Shown here piece after piece: positions 49,597 to 52,670 of a stretch of 52,670 nucleotides of DNA. Positions within the stretch are counted from its first letter, which is position 1. Each line of letters starts with the position of its first letter. Source of the stretch: Nemertoderma westbladi. Lineage: Eukaryota; Animalia; Xenacoelomorpha. The translations under genes and the position numbers were made by a program. The stretch covers positions 1 to 52,670 of the forward strand of contig JAUCBJ010007915.1 in assembly GCA_032718475.1 (NCBI GenBank), given 5' to 3'. The notes under the pieces are model-generated. The model saw only the letters and a program-made list of their open reading frames with translations. It searched no databases and was not told the DNA's origin.

Positions 49597-50153
49597 TGTT
49601 AGCGTATTCAATTCCGCTAACACCCCACAAAGTAAGCCGTTAAGCAATATTGGGGGCCACGAGGTTGGGTAATCAACCACTCGTGCCACCCCAACAAAGT
49701 GGGAAGGAGAAACACACAATAGGGGTCAGGGGCCACACCCCTGACCGAGAGAGAGTAGCTGGAGTGAAGGGAAACACTCCAAAGGGCGCCAACAGGGATA
49801 TTAGCCAATGGGGGGCAGGCACCGGCTAGGTACCGCAATAACGGCCAAACCGTGCAATGTATATTATTAGGTATCAGTAATCAGTTATTCAGTTATCTCA
49901 TTGTGTTAGTCGGTTAGCTAGGGTAGAGCGGAGACTTCTATTACCGTCCTCACCTACCATCATTATCTGTACATACCGTAGTACTTCAATTGTTATCTAT
50001 CCATTTTATACTATACCTATCTCAACGTTTATATTATACCTTCATACATATTACCGAACATCAGAACTCTTAACGAACCTTTTCATATACACGGCGGGGA
50101 CGCGTAGGTAGAAAACTCAAACGGATAAATCGGGATCCGTAGATCCCGTCACA
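49597..50153 (+). repeat. 3' LTR of element B (557 bp)
   Basis: Direct repeat of 18921-19477. Confidence 0.95.
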
Positions 50154-50217
50154 TGTGGTACTGTAGTACTGTAGTACTGTAGTACTGTGGTACTGTACAG
50201 TACTGTGGTACTGTAGT
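50154..50217. repeat. 8-bp simple repeat (TACTGTAG/TACTGTGG)n at B's insertion site
   Basis: tgtggtactgtagtactgtagtactgtag...; the left flank reads cactgtag. Confidence 0.85.
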
Positions 50218-52286
50218 AAACATTTTTGATCGAATAGGTACCACATATTATCCAAACATTTCTGTATTTACATTTATGGAAAAAAATGTAAATTTATATA
50301 TTTTCATTATATCAATGAAAAAACAGTCATAAAAGATCACATTTTCACATATCAATAAATTTTGTGAAAATAAATCTTTTCTTTGTTTCCATTTCAACGA
50401 ATGAACGAAAATTATACTAGTGGGAGAAAATCATAATTATATTTTTTATTTATTACAATATATATTTAACTTACATTTATTTTATTAAACAAGGAAGTTC
50501 ATTGATAGATATATAAGTTAATAAGAGTAACATGTATGTGTAATAAAAATATAATGCAAAATATGTAATAATAATTAAATTCGACGAACTATTTCTATAT
50601 CGTCTACAAAATGTCCAATAGACAGAAACGGTGCCTTGTAGGCCTACGTCCTTACAATTTTCCACTTCTGAACAAAATTATATTATATAATAATATTATA
50701 TAGTGCACGATTGTATACAGAATCAGTAAGCTTTAAATAAGATACGTTTGTGTCTTAAATTATCACTAAGGTTTCACCTATTAATGTGACTGATTAAATA
50801 GTGCGAAGTTATTACGAAAATGTATGAAATAGGAAAGAATTCTGTTTTAAAATTACATTTTTAGTTCGCATTATGTTCGCTAGGTGGGGCTTGATAACTG
50901 CGCAACAGGGCTGTTAGCTGAAAAGGAAGCTCTAACTCAAATCTCATTGGCTAGAAATGTTACTTCTTACAGCCTGTATCAATGAGATGTGTGTGTGAGG
51001 TTTAGAGGCCATCACAAACATTCTGGCCACACAATCTCTTGTACTACGACAGCTACTAGAGTTTCTTTTCCTTTTACATGGGTATGGGAGGATTGTTTAT
51101 TTCCGCATTAATTAATCCTACTTACTTCCGCTTTAACCCCTACATTTCGTTTAATTAATCTTAATCCCTTCAGATTTTTTCGTTTCCTTCTAATCCTTTG
51201 TTCTGTTTTGATATAATTATGACATTCGATGTCGATGTCATTATCAATACATTTTTGTGGTCGCCAGGCTCTGGCTCCTGTTCAGTTCCAGATACCATAA
51301 ATCATATTTGTCAGCTCCTGCTCAACTTATATAAGTGTAGCTCTGTACATAACTTACTTGCTTCTTATTAGCTTAGCTTATTTCTTTAAAAGACGCATAA
51401 CTTTTGAATTTAATTGAAATGTAAATTAATAATTATAGTAATAGTATGAGTACTTACTTACTCTACGAGTTTCTAGCCTAATAATACCTTTTACTTTTTC
51501 TTTCAACACTAGGTTAATAATTGGATTGTGTTGTTAAACATACACTTCCGTATTTAATATTAACCAAATTAAATAGGGAAGGCCATGCAATTTTTTCACT
51601 ATGAAACTGTTGTATTTATTTTTCTTTACGTCTTTGTCTTTTGTCTTATACTGTCAGATACTTATGCAGTGGGCAATGCTCACAACGACGGAATATAATA
51701 ACCGGTGCTGATATGTGATATTGACTCTCCTTTATTGATTTGGTTAAAATAGTTTGCCTCTGTAACCTGTTAATTTCCCTTAATTAATTATTAATATTGT
51801 TGATCCACCCAGTTATAATTTTCGTCAATGGTACCTCCTCCATTTGTGTAAAAATTGATAAAAAAATGGTACTGTTCACAGCTGTGTTCTAGAAATGATT
51901 TTTGATGTAACTAATTATTTTATGTAACTACAATAATTATTACAGTGACAAAACCACCTGGTGGTTCAAATTAATTAATTATATTTAGACTACCGGTATG
52001 AAAGTAGGCCTACTTTTGATATAATGTACAATGGTTTTATCAATATAACCCAAGGTGAGTGTATATATTATCTCAATCGTTGCTGATTCCAGCCTTGTCC
52101 AGTCCACCTCACTACACCTGAGCAATTATTCCATTGCCTGACTGCGGTAGGCATAGACTGCGGCTACACATTAAAAGTTACGATACCTATCTCAATTGGA
52201 TACAGCGAGACAGGGGGGTAAACTGGACGCAAATCCCATCTTGGCGAATTAATATCTCGCCTCAATGTTAAATTCTCAATTTAGGG

Positions 52287-52430
52287 AAAGGAGCAGGTTA
52301 GAGTGGCATGTTATTCTAACCAAAACAATAAACGAAATGCAATAGAACAGGTTATAATTTTATTTTTGGGAGCAATCAGCTGTTATTTGCGTCGAATTTT
52401 CTATGGTGAGGTATGAATATTTATCGCGTC
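52287..52430. repeat. Copy of the short dispersed repeat seen at 3951-4097
   Basis: Colinear similarity over ~145 bp. Confidence 0.75.
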
Positions 52431-52670
52431 GAAAGCCAGTACATAGTAGATGACATCTCCATCATCTCAGCTATCATAGATTTTAATTATTTGAAGTGAT
52501 ATGTGTTAAGAAATCAGTGTTTAATTGATCTATACGACTTTATTTATGCCCAATGAATTTATGCTTCCCACACACACATTGACTCTGACAGGGTAATTTA
52601 GTAATATATTTCAATATAATTATCCATAAATAAAACTTGGATATAAAATGTAAAATCGGGATGCAAAAGA

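Larger units (their letters stand above)
18921..50153 (+). mobile_element. BEL/Pao LTR retrotransposon B (outer, decayed; contains nested insertions)
   Basis: Paired 557-bp TG...CA LTRs, flanks TGTAG and TGTGG (TSD with 1 mismatch), gag-PR-RT-IN order with Pao-type motifs, PPT before the 3' LTR. Confidence 0.93.

Noticed and set aside
48820-50153. Tandem or three-LTR structure of element B
   Set aside because: The extra LTR has its own TGGGG TSD, no PPT and a diverged sequence, so it is an independent solo LTR.
50220-52280. Host exons (splice-like signals near 51657 and 52033)
   Set aside because: Isolated signals in AT-rich DNA with no recognisable coding sequence; unsupported without transcripts.

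Overview
Eukaryotic (most likely invertebrate animal) genomic DNA dominated by retroelements. Two apparent host genes, each with an uninterrupted coding sequence: a divergent Rab5-like GTPase (6853-7488) and a type II membrane fibrinogen-related protein (17594-18685). Bases 18921-50153 hold a nest of BEL/Pao LTR retrotransposons. A decayed plus-strand element (B, 557-bp LTRs) contains a young, nearly intact minus-strand element (C, 20938-36943, 1259-bp LTRs, TSD GCCGT), a ~1.25-kb internal duplication and a solo LTR (TSD TGGGG). A relative of C (element A) runs off the left edge. Also present are degraded CRE-like, RTE-like and Penelope-like fragments, and a 4.8-kb array of a 36-bp unit that arose inside a LINE reverse-transcriptase gene. 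Most notable: (1) none of the three LTR elements has a tRNA-type PBS; in each, the 9-12 nt abutting the 5' LTR are the exact reverse complement of a site inside its own LTR, and the sequences co-vary between elements, suggesting Tf1-like self-priming in BEL/Pao elements; (2) B and C carry homologous 3' accessory ORFs with a triple CCHC module, fused in B to a DEDDy-type 3'-5' exonuclease. All calls come from reading the sequence by eye; no searches were run.
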